Shown in pieces: positions 62,817-64,000 of a stretch of DNA of 64,000 nt (its first letter is position 1; every line of letters starts with the position of its first letter). The position numbers and the translations under genes were made by a program. The notes below the pieces were generated by a model that saw only the letters and a program-made list of their open reading frames with translations, had not been told where the DNA came from and did not search any database. Source of the DNA: Alphaproteobacteria bacterium (GTDB lineage Bacteria; Pseudomonadota; Alphaproteobacteria; UBA828). The DNA lies in contig CBDCRW010000007.1 of NCBI GenBank assembly GCA_965221125.1, positions 1 through 64,000 of the forward strand, written 5' to 3'.

Positions 62817-64000
62817 TCACGCAGGCCCGCTCCGGTCACTCCCGCCCGGCATGATATCGGCGAAGATGCTGGCAGCCACCAGGGCCGCGGATTCCTTCAC
62901 CGAGTCCCGCGCCAGGTGCGCATACCGCGAGGTGGTCTGTATCTTGCGGTGACCCAGAAGCTTGCCGATCATCGTGAGGTCCTCGCCAAGCGCCAGGGCG
63001 CGCGACGCGAAGCTGTGACGCAGGTCATGAAGCCGCACGTCGTCGAGATCGGCGCGCTCCCTCACGCGATACCAGTAGTAGGCAATGTGCTTCTGCCGCT
63101 CGCCGGTCTCACGGCCCGCGATCACCCAGGGGTTGTCCGCAAGGCGCGGCAGCCCGGCCAGAACACGCGCCGCCGCCGGCGACAGCGGCACGATGCGAGG
63201 ACCGGTCTTGGAGTCGCGAAGCTGGATCTCGTTCCGGTGCAGCGCCACGTCGTCCCAGAGAAGCGTCAGCACCTCGCCGGACCGGCATCCGGTCAGCATC
63301 AGGAGCTTGATCGCCGCAGCCGCGTGAACCGGAACCCGGCCCTCGGCCTCGAGATCTTCCAGGGCCTGACCGAGACGGCGGAACTCGTCCTCGGTCAGAA
63401 AGCGCTCCAGCCGTCTCGTCGGGTTGCGCGTCACGAAGCGGCAGGGGTTGCTGCCGGCAGGCAGCAGGCCCCACGCCTCCGCCCGGTTCAGCATCCGCGA
63501 CAGCGCGCCCACCGTGTCGTTCGCAGCCACCGGCGTCTTGCGCAGGCGGTAGTGGAGCTCGGCAACGTGCTTGCGGTCGAGCTCGGCGATCGGCACCTTG
63601 CCCAGCTTCGGCAGGATGTGCCGCTCGATCGATTGCCTGTAGCCCTTGACCGTGTTCGGCTTGCAGCGAACCGCCACGTGCTCGCGGAGGTATCTATCCG
63701 CAAGCTCGGCTACCGTCGGCCCGCCGGCTGCGTCCCGCCCGGCCCCCGGCTCATCGCCCGCCTCGATGCGGGTGAGAACCACGGCGCCCTCCTGGCGCGC
63801 CTCGTCGGCAGAGATCACCCCGTGCCGGCCGATCGAGATCCGCTTCAGGCCCCGCGGGCCCTTGCGCTGCACCATATAGCTCTTGCACCCGTTGGGATAG
63901 ACCCGGACCCCGAAGCCCGGAAGCTCCCGGTCCCAGCACATGAACTCCTTCTCACCGGGCGTCAGTGCGTCGACCACCCGGTTGGACAGCGATCTCTTTT
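62817..64000 (-). CDS. Tyrosine integrase (paralog of 19193-20362); start just beyond the window edge
   Basis: KRSLSNRVVDALTP at the window edge; LTGCRSGEV, HDLRHSFAS, LLGH, TSRYAH. Confidence 0.93.
   Translation of the reverse strand, partial: KRSLSNRVVDALTPGEKEFMCWDRELPGFGVRVYPNGCKSYMVQRKGPRGLKRISIGRHGVISADEARQEGAVVLTRIEAGDEPGAGRDAAGGPTVAELADRYLREHVAVRCKPNTVKGYRQSIERHILPKLGKVPIAELDRKHVAELHYRLRKTPVAANDTVGALSRMLNRAEAWGLLPAGSNPCRFVTRNPTRRLERFLTEDEFRRLGQALEDLEAEGRVPVHAAAAIKLLMLTGCRSGEVLTLLWDDVALHRNEIQLRDSKTGPRIVPLSPAAARVLAGLPRLADNPWVIAGRETGERQKHIAYYWYRVRERADLDDVRLHDLRHSFASRALALGEDLTMIGKLLGHRKIQTTSRYAHLARDSVKESAALVAASIFADIMPGGSDRSGPA

Overview
GC-rich proteobacterial-type mobile-element region with no housekeeping, rRNA or tRNA genes, built as nested layers. 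(1) A ~39.7-kb tyrosine-integrase element (17614-57367) is bounded by a 12-bp direct repeat, AGGCTCTCCTTT. That repeat is the ribosome-binding site of a Slam-type surface-lipoprotein gene (16065-17606). The gene's own promoter and leader are stranded 39.7 kb away (57368-57642), and removing the element in silico rebuilds them. The element carries an intact paralogous locus (Rpn, promoter/leader, 814-aa lipoprotein, Slam) with an 11/12 copy of its own target site, and it appears to sit inside a sibling element with the same gene order. This is a candidate integration-driven surface-protein switch. (2) A >=13.7-kb block is present twice in inverted orientation (1-13746 and 32682-49242). It contains a three-recombinase GInt-like island inserted at an ssb stop codon, which carries a RecD2-like helicase and a second ssb. 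An IS21 is present in one copy only. (3) Other cargo includes oxyR-katG, two HigBA pairs, two Rpn nucleases, a DUF4338-like/ISAs1 fusion IS and several gene remnants. Family names come from motif recognition by eye, not database searches.
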